Of a stretch of 64,000 nucleotides of DNA, positions 1 to 7,714 are shown in pieces. How positions within the stretch are numbered: the stretch's first letter is position 1; the number at the start of each line of letters is the position of its first letter. Under the pieces are notes generated by a model. It was not told the origin of the DNA, did no database searches, and was given only the letters and a program-made list of their open reading frames with translations. The stretch comes from an uncultured virus (IMG/VR IMGVR_UViG_3300030376_004046) (lineage: Duplodnaviria; Heunggongvirae; Uroviricota; Caudoviricetes), in IMG/VR virus record IMGVR_UViG_3300030376_004046, positions 1 through 64,000 of that record; one strand, 5' to 3'. The translations under genes and the position numbers were made by a program.

Positions 1-155
1 GTTTGTTCTACAACTACAGGGCCTTGATTACCGAACTGATCTAAGTCATTATTCAAGGTTATTGTAATTGGTAAGTATTTACCTTTTTTACCCGCGTATA
101 TTTTATCTTTAGGTATTTTTGTTAGGTCAATACTTGCTTTAATAATACTAGCCAT
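1..155 (-). CDS. Conserved Bacteroidota-phage protein, probable ssDNA-binding protein (runs off the window edge)
   Basis: ATG at 155-153 gives MASIIKASIDLTKIPKDKIYAGKKGKYLPITITLNNDLDQFGNQGPVVVEQT, open to position 1. It follows the exonuclease and ERF genes, so SSB is a context-based inference. Confidence 0.5.
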   Translation of the reverse strand, partial: MASIIKASIDLTKIPKDKIYAGKKGKYLPITITLNNDLDQFGNQGPVVVEQ

Positions 156-165
156 ATAATTTTTT

Positions 166-897
166 TTATAATGTTTTGCTTATGAAATATTGTTTAGGAT
201 CAAAGTCCTTGGTCTTGTAGAACAGATCATAAGCTTCTGCTGCTCTACGCACCTTATCTTCCCCACGTTCATAAAACTCAGGTGAACAATCAAACATGCC
301 TATATTATGCGTGGCTTTATCGACAACTATAAATAGCATCTCATATCCAAACAACTTACTGTAGATATAAGCCTGAGAATCATAGTTATACTTTGACGCT
401 GACCATTTAAACTTTTCAATATCAGCGGTGGTTTTTAAATCAATAACTAGTTTTTCTTCATGATTAACAATATCTGCTTTACCTTTCCAATCGTTGTCGA
501 ACATATTTATTATCTGTGGCTGTTCGTATTCGATTTGTGGGCCTTGTATAAGATCTTTACATATATTATTACTCATTACTTTTTCTCGCATTAATTCAAT
601 TGTATCTACCTCATGTTGTAGCAGACACAGCTCGCCACCAGCAACATCTTTATAAGCTTTTGTATTTCTTGTACTAGACTTGACAACTTTGTATTTATCA
701 ATTTTGCCAGGTTCTAATATACAAGTATGAAAATATCCACCTATTAAAAATGCTGGTGATGGCTTGCTTGGTTCAAACGCTCGTAACGGATCTTTCAATA
801 GTTTACCTATATGCGAGTTAGATAAAAACTTATTACCAAACTCACCATAGTAATCTTCATCGTTACAGAGTCTTTTTAATATTTGCTTTTTGTTCAT
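166..897 (-). CDS. PD-(D/E)XK exonuclease, RecE/exonuclease VIII-like (DUF3799 type)
   Basis: LSNSHI, GGYFHTCILEP, KGKADIV...IDLKTT and YDSQAYIY motifs; adjacent to ERF. Confidence 0.85.
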   Translation of the reverse strand: MNKKQILKRLCNDEDYYGEFGNKFLSNSHIGKLLKDPLRAFEPSKPSPAFLIGGYFHTCILEPGKIDKYKVVKSSTRNTKAYKDVAGGELCLLQHEVDTIELMREKVMSNNICKDLIQGPQIEYEQPQIINMFDNDWKGKADIVNHEEKLVIDLKTTADIEKFKWSASKYNYDSQAYIYSKLFGYEMLFIVVDKATHNIGMFDCSPEFYERGEDKVRRAAEAYDLFYKTKDFDPKQYFISKTL

Positions 898-1423
898 TTG
901 TTAATTTGTATTTAGATTCAATAGCATCAATACTACCGCCTGCAGCTACATACTCTTTTGCTTTAGCTAACTGCTCTTTTGTTATAGTTGGTTTAGCTGC
1001 TTCTTTAATTTTATTTACTGCATTAGACTTACCGTGGTTATTAGTTGAGTCTGCGTCTGCTGTATCATCGATTAAGAATAAATTACCTAGTGCATACTTT
1101 TTACCATAAGATGATGCTGCACCAAACTGCTGTGCTGTTTGCATACCTTTTTGGTTTAAGTCTACGCCGACAATAGCTGTAGCGTGTATAGCATTGTCAC
1201 CATCGGATATTGTTGCTGTTGATTTAATTGTTGGAACAGGGTCGGTCATAATTAATTCTTCATTAAGAATAACTGTAACACCGTGTTTTAATAAGAAAGG
1301 CTTTGTAGCCTCTAAGATGTCTTCAGCTTTACGAAAGTAATACTTACCAAAGCTGTTGTAACTTGATTTTTTAGCTTTTAACTCAGTCTGAATTGTAGCT
1401 AGTTTTTGGTTTAATTTGTTCAT
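863..1423 (-). CDS. erf: ERF-family ssDNA annealing protein
   Basis: N-terminal KKSSYNSFGKYYFR and the ERF signature QQFGAASSYGKKYALGNLFLIDDTADAD. Confidence 0.9.
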   Translation of the reverse strand: MNKLNQKLATIQTELKAKKSSYNSFGKYYFRKAEDILEATKPFLLKHGVTVILNEELIMTDPVPTIKSTATISDGDNAIHATAIVGVDLNQKGMQTAQQFGAASSYGKKYALGNLFLIDDTADADSTNNHGKSNAVNKIKEAAKPTITKEQLAKAKEYVAAGGSIDAIESKYKLTNEQKANIKKTL

Positions 1424-1445
1424 AATTTGGTATTTGGTTTATTAT

Positions 1446-1474
1446 TATAATTACACGTTTTTAATTCATTTTAC
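1446..1474 (-). promoter_or_regulatory. Class II phage promoter (GTAAA-N15-GTAATTATA) upstream of erf
   Basis: Minus strand reads GTAAA atgaattaaaaacgt GTAATTATA, the same architecture as at 8163, 36254 and 48798. Confidence 0.65.
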
Positions 1475-1483
1475 ATTAGTAAC

Positions 1484-2242
1484 TCACAGGTAATCAAGTA
1501 CTTGCGAGTGATCTACATTTTCTACAAGTTTATCAACTGCTTGTCTTTTAAGTTGAGATACTCTTACATAAGCACCACTTCCTTCTATATTTAATTTTTC
1601 AGCTATCTGCTTAGCTGAATGCTTATCACAATCAAGCCCATAACTTAATCTTAATACATTAAACTCTTTGTCATTTAAATGCTGTTTAAGCAATGATGTT
1701 AAATACATATTTAAAAACTCTTGGTTATATGGTTCTGACTTATCTTCTATTTGCATAAACATATCATCATCTTCTCTTGCTGAGTCTATACTTAAAAATA
1801 TACTGTTAAAAAACATAGCCACAGCTTTTTTATCTTTACCAAAGTTTTTGCGTATATTATTTGTTACATGTTCAGGTAAACGCATTTGACCTCTATTTGT
1901 GTCTATAGCTCTACGTATACCACCTTTAATACGTTTAGATAAAAAGCTTTTCATTGTTTTTTCTTGATCATCAGATTCAGCCATTTTATTCCAGTCTATA
2001 CGATCTACGGCTTTACATAGATTTAAATTGCCTTCTTGTATTATATCTAATATACTCATACAACCACTAGCTTGTTGTGATGTTGCAAACTTTCTAGCTA
2101 TATTTTCTACAAGAGGCATAAATAAAGTTATTAATGTATTTCTATCATATAAAGAAAAATGTTCTTTTATTTTTATTCTTGCTATTGTTTTTTCTAAATC
2201 AGTTTTATATCTAATATAGTTCTGTATATTATAATGTTTCAT
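1484..2242 (-). CDS. Phage-encoded sigma-70-family RNA polymerase sigma factor
   Basis: Region 2 LDIIQEGNLNLCKAVDRID...RIKGGIRRAI and MRLPEH; region 4 LNDKEFNVLRLSYGL...SAKQIAEKLNI...RVSQLKRQAVDKL. Confidence 0.9.
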   Translation of the reverse strand: MKHYNIQNYIRYKTDLEKTIARIKIKEHFSLYDRNTLITLFMPLVENIARKFATSQQASGCMSILDIIQEGNLNLCKAVDRIDWNKMAESDDQEKTMKSFLSKRIKGGIRRAIDTNRGQMRLPEHVTNNIRKNFGKDKKAVAMFFNSIFLSIDSAREDDDMFMQIEDKSEPYNQEFLNMYLTSLLKQHLNDKEFNVLRLSYGLDCDKHSAKQIAEKLNIEGSGAYVRVSQLKRQAVDKLVENVDHSQVLDYL

Positions 2243-2862
2243 AGTTGTTTGTTTAACAATTCTTTCTCACGTTTTAACTCTGCACCTATGTTTCTATGTA
2301 TTGTTCTACTAGTACAGTTTAATAATTTAGCTAACTTACTTATAGTTATTTTATTATTATTATTATTTATTTCTAACATACAGTTATATATATCATCTTC
2401 TGTTATGCGTTTACTTCTACCTATTAACTCACCTACAATACGTAGCTTTTTTTCTTTACTNNNNNNNNNNATACGTGTAAAAGGTTTAAATATAACTTTA
2501 CGTAGTTTATTTTTTGGCGGCCTGTCTAAATCTAGCATACTAACCTCATATACTATTTTACGTAGCAAGTCGTCGTGTATAGCAAAACTAATAAAATTAT
2601 TTGACTTATTACATATAACTTCAGCTAATTTTAAAAACATATCTTGATCAAGCTTTGGGTTTAAATACCACAACACCAATAGATGCCATTTTAAAGACCT
2701 GTATGTTGTTATCTTTGCTGACGATCTAAATAGCTCATAACATTGATATGTACCGTTTAGATAAAACATATATACTTCATTATCTATGTCTGGTATATCT
2801 GTTACCGGATGTCTACGGTATACGATGCGATTATTATTTAAATAGTTTAAGTTACGTGACAT
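2239..2862 (-). CDS. Protein with a C-terminal helix-turn-helix (spans an N10 gap)
   Basis: KITISKLAKLLNCTSRTIHRNI HTH motif. Confidence 0.65.
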   Translation of the reverse strand: MSRNLNYLNNNRIVYRRHPVTDIPDIDNEVYMFYLNGTYQCYELFRSSAKITTYRSLKWHLLVLWYLNPKLDQDMFLKLAEVICNKSNNFISFAIHDDLLRKIVYEVSMLDLDRPPKNKLRKVIFKPFTRXXXXSKEKKLRIVGELIGRSKRITEDDIYNCMLEINNNNNKITISKLAKLLNCTSRTIHRNIGAELKREKELLNKQL

Positions 2863-2882
2863 TAGCCTGTTACTAGGTATTA

Positions 2883-3371
2883 TTAATGGGCTGTTGTCAC
2901 AGCCTCAGGTATTTGTTTATATATTTTTTCTTTATTAATGTTGGCAACAACATGTTTTTCACCGATGTAATAATTCCAATATGCTTTAATACTACATTTA
3001 TCTTTATATTCATCTGGCATACATTGAGGTGGTTGTGTAAATTCTGTACGTGGTATATCATTTGGAAACCTCCATAAATGTCTACATTTAGTTATTGACA
3101 TATGTGTCTTACCATATCTTAATTCATATTCAAAGCCTAAAGCTCTCATATGTTCATATAGCCAAGAATAATTAGCTGCACATTGACGTGTCCATATTGT
3201 AGATGGATGGTTTTTATGAGCTAATTTGTAAGGTATATCTAACTTACTACCTAATATATGATGAGCTGCACATAACATTTGAGCTGACTCTAATATCATT
3301 TTAACTACATGCTTATTGTATTGTACTTTAGCCGCTATTACAGGGCTTTCATCTAAATAAAATATATTCAT
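2883..3371 (-). CDS. Pyrimidine-dimer DNA glycosylase/DenV-related protein
   Basis: MNIFYLD...KHVVKMILESAQML, HKNHPSTIW, EYELRYGKTH and PPQCMPDEYK, typical of this phage family. Confidence 0.75.
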   Translation of the reverse strand: MNIFYLDESPVIAAKVQYNKHVVKMILESAQMLCAAHHILGSKLDIPYKLAHKNHPSTIWTRQCAANYSWLYEHMRALGFEYELRYGKTHMSITKCRHLWRFPNDIPRTEFTQPPQCMPDEYKDKCSIKAYWNYYIGEKHVVANINKEKIYKQIPEAVTTAH

Positions 3372-3475
3372 TGTTGTTGTTCTTTAGCTAATTTTTCTAT
3401 TACTTTTACTAGTTTAGTTAATGCCTTAGTTAAGTCGCTAATGTCCTTATACATTTGCTGTTGGTTACGTGTCAT
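3368..3475 (-). CDS. Small coiled-coil hypothetical protein (35 aa)
   Basis: MTRNQQQMYKDISDLTKALTKLVKVIEKLAKEQQQ; start and stop overlap both neighbours. Confidence 0.55.
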   Translation of the reverse strand: MTRNQQQMYKDISDLTKALTKLVKVIEKLAKEQQQ

Positions 3476-3816
3476 TTGTTATGTTTTTTAAGTATTCTAT
3501 TAACTTCGTCCATACGTTGTTTAATAATAGCACATTTTTCATATGCCTCATCTTCTTGAAATAAATTCATAAGTGTCATAAGCTTTGCAGCTTCACCTAG
3601 TGCATTTTCTTCTTCTGTTAGTTCAAGATCTTGGTAAGCCGTTGACCAAGCTATGTCAGACTTGGACACATGGTGAAACCAGTCTTCCATAGACTTAAGT
3701 TTAACCATACGGCTTACGATCTTGATTGCTAATGCATTTAATCCTTCATCACCTACCTTCAATGCATCTATTTTATCTAATATTTGTTTATTAGTTACAC
3801 GTTTATTATCTGTCAT
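3472..3816 (-). CDS. Hypothetical protein with a C-terminal UVR-like motif
   Basis: FQEDEAYEKCAIIKQRM resembles the UvrB/C EdYEkAA.IRD motif. Confidence 0.55.
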   Translation of the reverse strand: MTDNKRVTNKQILDKIDALKVGDEGLNALAIKIVSRMVKLKSMEDWFHHVSKSDIAWSTAYQDLELTEEENALGEAAKLMTLMNLFQEDEAYEKCAIIKQRMDEVNRILKKHNK

Positions 3817-3958
3817 TATTTCTTTTAAATTTAATTATCCATTTATTACCAAAAGCTAGTCTATATTCATTAACTAATCTAATGGCCTCTAGTCTATTAT
3901 CTGCTGTGTCTATAACCTCAGCATCATTATATTCATATAATCCTATTATATTATACAT
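3806..3958 (-). CDS. Small hypothetical protein (50 aa)
   Basis: MYNIIGLYEYNDAEVIDTADNRLEAIRLVNEYRLAFGNKWIIKFKRNNDR fills the gap and overlaps both neighbours. Confidence 0.6.
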   Translation of the reverse strand: MYNIIGLYEYNDAEVIDTADNRLEAIRLVNEYRLAFGNKWIIKFKRNNDR

Positions 3959-4160
3959 TGTCTATTTTTGTTAAGTTATAATAATCTGCTACGTAGTTTA
4001 TATGTCTAGATGTAGTTGGACTCCACCAGCCAAATACGTGTAGCTCTTCATCTACAATCCTTGCAACTCTAGTTGAATAAGAGTATACATCTTCGCCGTT
4101 TATAATACGTAAGTTTTCTTTGTACCTAGGTAATTTAACCATATCTATTGTTTTAGTCAT
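3951..4160 (-). CDS. Hypothetical early protein
   Basis: ORF in the operon with a YSYSTRVA...WWSPTTSRHINY motif seen in small phage proteins. Confidence 0.65.
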   Translation of the reverse strand: MTKTIDMVKLPRYKENLRIINGEDVYSYSTRVARIVDEELHVFGWWSPTTSRHINYVADYYNLTKIDNV

Positions 4161-4485
4161 CTTTTAACACTTTAAATTGGTTAGTAATATTTCTCATTAT
4201 ACTTTCTTCTAAGTCATACGCATCAGTGAAGGTTAAGTCGCTGAGTTCTAGCTTGTTATCATAACCTAGATTGAACTCATATTCAAACATACCGCAATCA
4301 AATTCAAATCTTTCTAGCACTGTATTTACTGCGTCGTTAATTGCATCCATTTGTACTGCTGTTATCTCTGGTTTGTTAACATCTTCTAACTCTTGTTGTT
4401 TAGACTTTAGGTCTACATTTAGTTGTTGTATTTTTTCTTGTAAGCCTTTTACTGTAGCTTCTAACAGTTCTTTGTTTTCTGACAT
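4153..4485 (-). CDS. Hypothetical protein with an N-terminal coiled coil
   Basis: ORF directly downstream of a class I promoter motif. Confidence 0.65.
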   Translation of the reverse strand: MSENKELLEATVKGLQEKIQQLNVDLKSKQQELEDVNKPEITAVQMDAINDAVNTVLERFEFDCGMFEYEFNLGYDNKLELSDLTFTDAYDLEESIMRNITNQFKVLKDD

Positions 4486-4539
4486 TTTATTTAATTTTAT
4501 TTATTAATATTATCTATTAGTTATCGTATTTAGTTTGTG

Positions 4540-4677
4540 TTATTCATACCATACACCATATACTTTGACACCTTTAACCTCACACATTAGTTTTTGTTTC
4601 TTGATCGGTTTTTCTTTTAGTAGGCTTTTGTCCCAGTATTTAGGATTTTTGCTGTTCAGCTTTCTCTTTTTGCTCAT
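4540..4677 (-). CDS. Small basic hypothetical protein (45 aa)
   Basis: MSKKRKLNSKNPKYWDKSLLKEKPIKKQKLMCEVKGVKVYGVWYE. Confidence 0.55.
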   Translation of the reverse strand: MSKKRKLNSKNPKYWDKSLLKEKPIKKQKLMCEVKGVKVYGVWYE

Positions 4678-4767
4678 ATAATTCTATGTTTTTTTCTATG
4701 TTATTAATTTCTCTCTTACCTAGTTTATATATTACTAGTACTATTGCTGATATTACTATTGCTGTAT

Positions 4768-5220
4768 TCATATTACATTATATCTATGTCCATTAACAAT
4801 TACTTTTACTTCTAAATCTTGGTCTACATCATACCTTTCTTTTACTTCTTCATGTTTCCATTTAGGTATATAATCACCATTTGATAGTTTGTTTGATTGA
4901 TTTATATAATAGTTTTTGAGACAAAAGGCTATTAAATATTCTAGTCTTTCTTGTTCGTCTAGTATTAGTATACGTTCTTTTGATGGCCACCTGTAGTCTT
5001 TAGTTGGCTGTATTGTTCTAGTTTTATTTAGTTGCCAACTCGGGCAATAACCACCTGCTTTAGTACGCCTAACATAGCCACTAGCGAAACTTGCGACGTG
5101 TATAGCAGCGCCATACTGGTCGCATACTGGTAGTTTAAACTCACGAGTGCCATTTGCTTTTTGTTTGTCTGTAGTAACTTCTTGTATTTGTAAGAAGTTT
5201 AGTTTATCTGTTATATTCAT
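4768..5220 (-). CDS. Hypothetical early protein
   Basis: 150-aa ORF in the operon. Confidence 0.65.
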   Translation of the reverse strand: MNITDKLNFLQIQEVTTDKQKANGTREFKLPVCDQYGAAIHVASFASGYVRRTKAGGYCPSWQLNKTRTIQPTKDYRWPSKERILILDEQERLEYLIAFCLKNYYINQSNKLSNGDYIPKWKHEEVKERYDVDQDLEVKVIVNGHRYNVI

Positions 5221-5488
5221 AGTATAATGCTTTTAGTTGTTCAATAATTGCTCTACCTGTTCTTGTATTATAGCCATAGCTGTGTGTATGTAGTTGAGGT
5301 ATTGGATCATTAAAGAATAATAATCTCATATAATCTAGAGCATCAGGTGCTTTGGCAAACTGAGTGCTGTAGTTAGTTTCTGCTACATCATTACAAGCTG
5401 CAGCAATACAATCTGGGCAGTGTCTCATGCCATCTGGTGTTCTATAAGACATATAGTCTTTTACTTTTTGCGCTGTTAGTTTTTTCAT
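5204..5488 (-). CDS. Hypothetical early protein (CxxC)
   Basis: ORF 13 nt downstream of a class I promoter motif. Confidence 0.65.
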   Translation of the reverse strand: MKKLTAQKVKDYMSYRTPDGMRHCPDCIAAACNDVAETNYSTQFAKAPDALDYMRLLFFNDPIPQLHTHSYGYNTRTGRAIIEQLKALYYEYNR

Positions 5489-5532
5489 GTTTAATTTTAT
5501 TATATTATCTGTTACTAATCGTTTTTATTTTG

Positions 5533-5590
5533 TGGATAGTGCGGGACTCGAACCCGCTACATTTAACTAATTGTGCCGCCTTTGCTATCC
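5533..5590 (-). ncRNA. Truncated tRNA-like element (acceptor stem and T arm, no proper D or anticodon arm)
   Basis: GGATAGC-N26-GCGGG TTCGAGT CCCGC-ACTATCC-A: a perfect T arm and a GGATAG/CTATCC stem, only about 58 nt. Confidence 0.6.
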
Positions 5591-5655
5591 TATTAGTTAG
5601 TTTGTATAAGTACCGTTCGGTACGAGCCTAGGAGATACTTACTAGTGTACTTATA

Positions 5656-5865
5656 CTAACCTAACATTGTACCATAACCTCTACGCTGAGTTAACTTTGA
5701 TATGCGAGCAGCATCGCTACCTGACATTATCTGTATAGAGTTACCTGTTTTGTGGTTTATTAGTGGTGCACAACCATATGCTTCTGTAGTTGAGCAGTTA
5801 ACACAGTTACTATAACCAAGATTAACTCTGCCTTGAGGTATTATATTTCCACACTTACACTTCAT
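5656..5865 (-). CDS. TraR/DksA-like C4 zinc-finger protein
   Basis: Probable start at 5865; MKCKCGNIIPQGRVNLGYSNCVNC resembles C..CG..IP..R......CV.C. Confidence 0.6.
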   Translation of the reverse strand: MKCKCGNIIPQGRVNLGYSNCVNCSTTEAYGCAPLINHKTGNSIQIMSGSDAARISKLTQRRGYGTMLG

Positions 5866-6020
5866 TACTCTGCAATATAAGTTAGACCTCTGTAGTTGAA
5901 CCAAGTAGTTATTTCACTTGTACCAAATTTTGGTGGTAAACTACATATAGTGTATGGTTTGTATGGTATACCATTTAATTCAATTTTGTTTGCTTTTTTA
6001 AATTTAATTTTGTTTGTCAT
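5865..6020 (-). CDS. Small hypothetical protein (51 aa)
   Basis: MTNKIKFKKANKIELNGIPYKPYTICSLPPKFGTSEITTWFNYRGLTYIAE, 12 nt downstream of a class I motif; its stop overlaps the next ATG. Confidence 0.65.
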   Translation of the reverse strand: MTNKIKFKKANKIELNGIPYKPYTICSLPPKFGTSEITTWFNYRGLTYIAE

Positions 6021-6042
6021 AATTTTTTATTTATATTATCTG

Positions 6043-6282
6043 TTAGTGTTTGTATTTATTTTGTGTATCAATTTCTATACAGTTTACTACTGCTCTATGT
6101 AATAATTCTTCTTGTAATTCTTTTTCTGTTTTTGGTACTTCATTATCCCACACTTCATAGATATACTTATGACATTCTTGTTCTGTTCTGAAAAAACTAC
6201 CTTTTTGTCTACCATAACTATCAGTTACATTTACTGAATAGTGTGTGTTACCTTTGTACTTTGTTATACTATAATCTCTCAT
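6043..6282 (-). CDS. Hypothetical early protein
   Basis: ORF downstream of the class I motif at 6302. Confidence 0.65.
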   Translation of the reverse strand: MRDYSITKYKGNTHYSVNVTDSYGRQKGSFFRTEQECHKYIYEVWDNEVPKTEKELQEELLHRAVVNCIEIDTQNKYKH

Positions 6283-6444
6283 ATTTTATATTTATTTGTT
6301 AATATTATCTTGCTCGCATCGTATTTATGTTGTGTAAAGTATGACATTTGCCTGTTACTCTAGTTTAATTAACTACCTTATGTCACACTTTTAATAAAAG
6401 TACTATAATTGTTTAGTTAATATTTTTAGTGTGGAGGTATTACT

Positions 6445-6678
6445 CTACTTCTCTATGTCTATAATTAGATAAGACATTTCTAAATCATCAATGTAATGAG
6501 TAAATTGTATTTTATTTAGTATTAATTCATTAGTCATTTTAAGTAGACTACAAGTGTATTCAAATAGTACAATAGAATTATCACTATGTTTTGTAATGTG
6601 TTTTAATTTAGTAATTTCTTCACAGTCTTGTAAGTAATGGTATTCTTCGTTTTCTAGTATTTTATATAATTTCTTCAT
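6445..6678 (-). CDS. Hypothetical early protein
   Basis: ORF downstream of the class I motif at 6694. Confidence 0.6.
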   Translation of the reverse strand: MKKLYKILENEEYHYLQDCEEITKLKHITKHSDNSIVLFEYTCSLLKMTNELILNKIQFTHYIDDLEMSYLIIDIEK

Positions 6679-6798
6679 ATTTATTATTTATATATATTAT
6701 CTGATGGTGGTCGTGTTTAGTTTGTGTAAGTGGCGAGCGCTGTGCTATACATCGTGCTATACACGATCACCTTTCGGTGACCGAGTACAACTTCTGTA

Positions 6799-7023
6799 TT
6801 ATCTACAGAATGTTGGTATGTTGTTTGTGTTAGTATAACTTTTGTACTTTTTGAAACAGTTCATGTTATCGAAACGTTCTTTGTTTTTGTTATATACATC
6901 GTCGTGATTGTATGTTATTTGTTTACCTTTTTTAGTTGTGAAAGTTATAATTGTATTAGTACCGATTAGACTTTTTCTGATTACGAATCTTTTTGTTATT
7001 AGTTTGTTTAATTTGTTTGACAT
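6799..7023 (-). CDS. Hypothetical early protein
   Basis: ORF downstream of the class I motif at 7060. Confidence 0.65.
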   Translation of the reverse strand: MSNKLNKLITKRFVIRKSLIGTNTIITFTTKKGKQITYNHDDVYNKNKERFDNMNCFKKYKSYTNTNNIPTFCR

Positions 7024-7103
7024 AGTTATTTATTTATTTAGTTATTAATTTATTTATATATATTATCTATTGTTAGTTGTATTTAGTTTGTGAGTTGAGT
7101 ATA

Positions 7104-7289
7104 TTAATAGTTATGTATTAATATAATAGTATTATTGTGTTGTATTAGTTTAGTGTGTGGGCAATGTAAGTTATTATTGTGTATTGATGTAGTTGGAAAT
7201 GATATTATAGTATTGTTATTAGTATAATAAGTTATATTGTTATTGTTTAAGTAATTTAATGTAGTTTGTTTGTGTTGTTTAGTAGTCAT
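7104..7289 (-). CDS. Low-complexity N/T/I/H-rich ORF, first gene of the minus arm
   Basis: ATG 11 nt downstream of the class I motif at 7301; the coding strand has only two G. Confidence 0.45.
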   Translation of the reverse strand: MTTKQHKQTTLNYLNNNNITYYTNNNTIISFPTTSIHNNNLHCPHTKLIQHNNTIILIHNY

Positions 7290-7333
7290 AGTTTTTATTT
7301 ATATTATCTGATGATAGTCGTATCTAGTTTGTG

Positions 7334-7700
7334 CACTCAGTAGTAAATGCTATACACACTCGCCTTGACGACGAGCGTCGGTGTGCCTCGCTTGTATGGT
7401 CAATGAAATACCAATCATCATACATATATTATCTAGTTAGTATCGTACTTAGCTTGTGCATATGCTATACATCAGCGGCCTGGCCTGGGGCCGGGGGCTG
7501 CCTAGCTATTTCCTAAATATTCTAGGAATAATGTTTTTTTTATTTTAATTACATTATATAATAGAAAGGTAAAAACAATTGTGTGATTATCAAAAACGAA
7601 AGGGGCGGTGGCCAAAGTAGAATGCGTTTTAGTTGTGGCTGGGGCTACTAAAAAAGATATTGTAGCACTATACCCCTATATTTATAATATGTTTTTTTCT
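7334..7700. other. Non-coding divergence island with GC-rich hairpins; probable genome terminus or origin
   Basis: All genes to the left are on minus and those to the right on plus; GC-rich tracts at 7472-7506 and 7600-7650 in an AT-rich genome. Confidence 0.5.
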
Positions 7701-7714
7701 GTGACTATATATAT

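Larger units (their letters stand above)
4507..7458 (-). promoter_or_regulatory. Eight class I (early) promoter motifs, minus-strand consensus CACAA(A)CTAAATACGA-N8-AGATAATAT
   Basis: Copies at 4507-4539, 5502-5534, 6033-6065, 6302-6334, 6694-6726, 7060-7092, 7301-7333 and 7426-7458. All have the same orientation and an exact 8-nt variable spacer; seven lie 11-36 nt upstream of an ATG. Confidence 0.85.

Noticed and set aside
5533..5590. Functional canonical tRNA or attP site
   Set aside because: It is too short for D and anticodon arms, no anticodon can be assigned, and no integrase is present in the window.
4507..7458. Repeated motif read as a CRISPR array
   Set aside because: Copies are 125-1000 nt apart, separated by ORFs, and have a variable internal spacer; no cas genes are visible. 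A promoter fits better.
7568..7590. GGTAAA...GTGATTAT as another class II promoter
   Set aside because: The spacer is 9 nt, not 15, and no gene follows directly.
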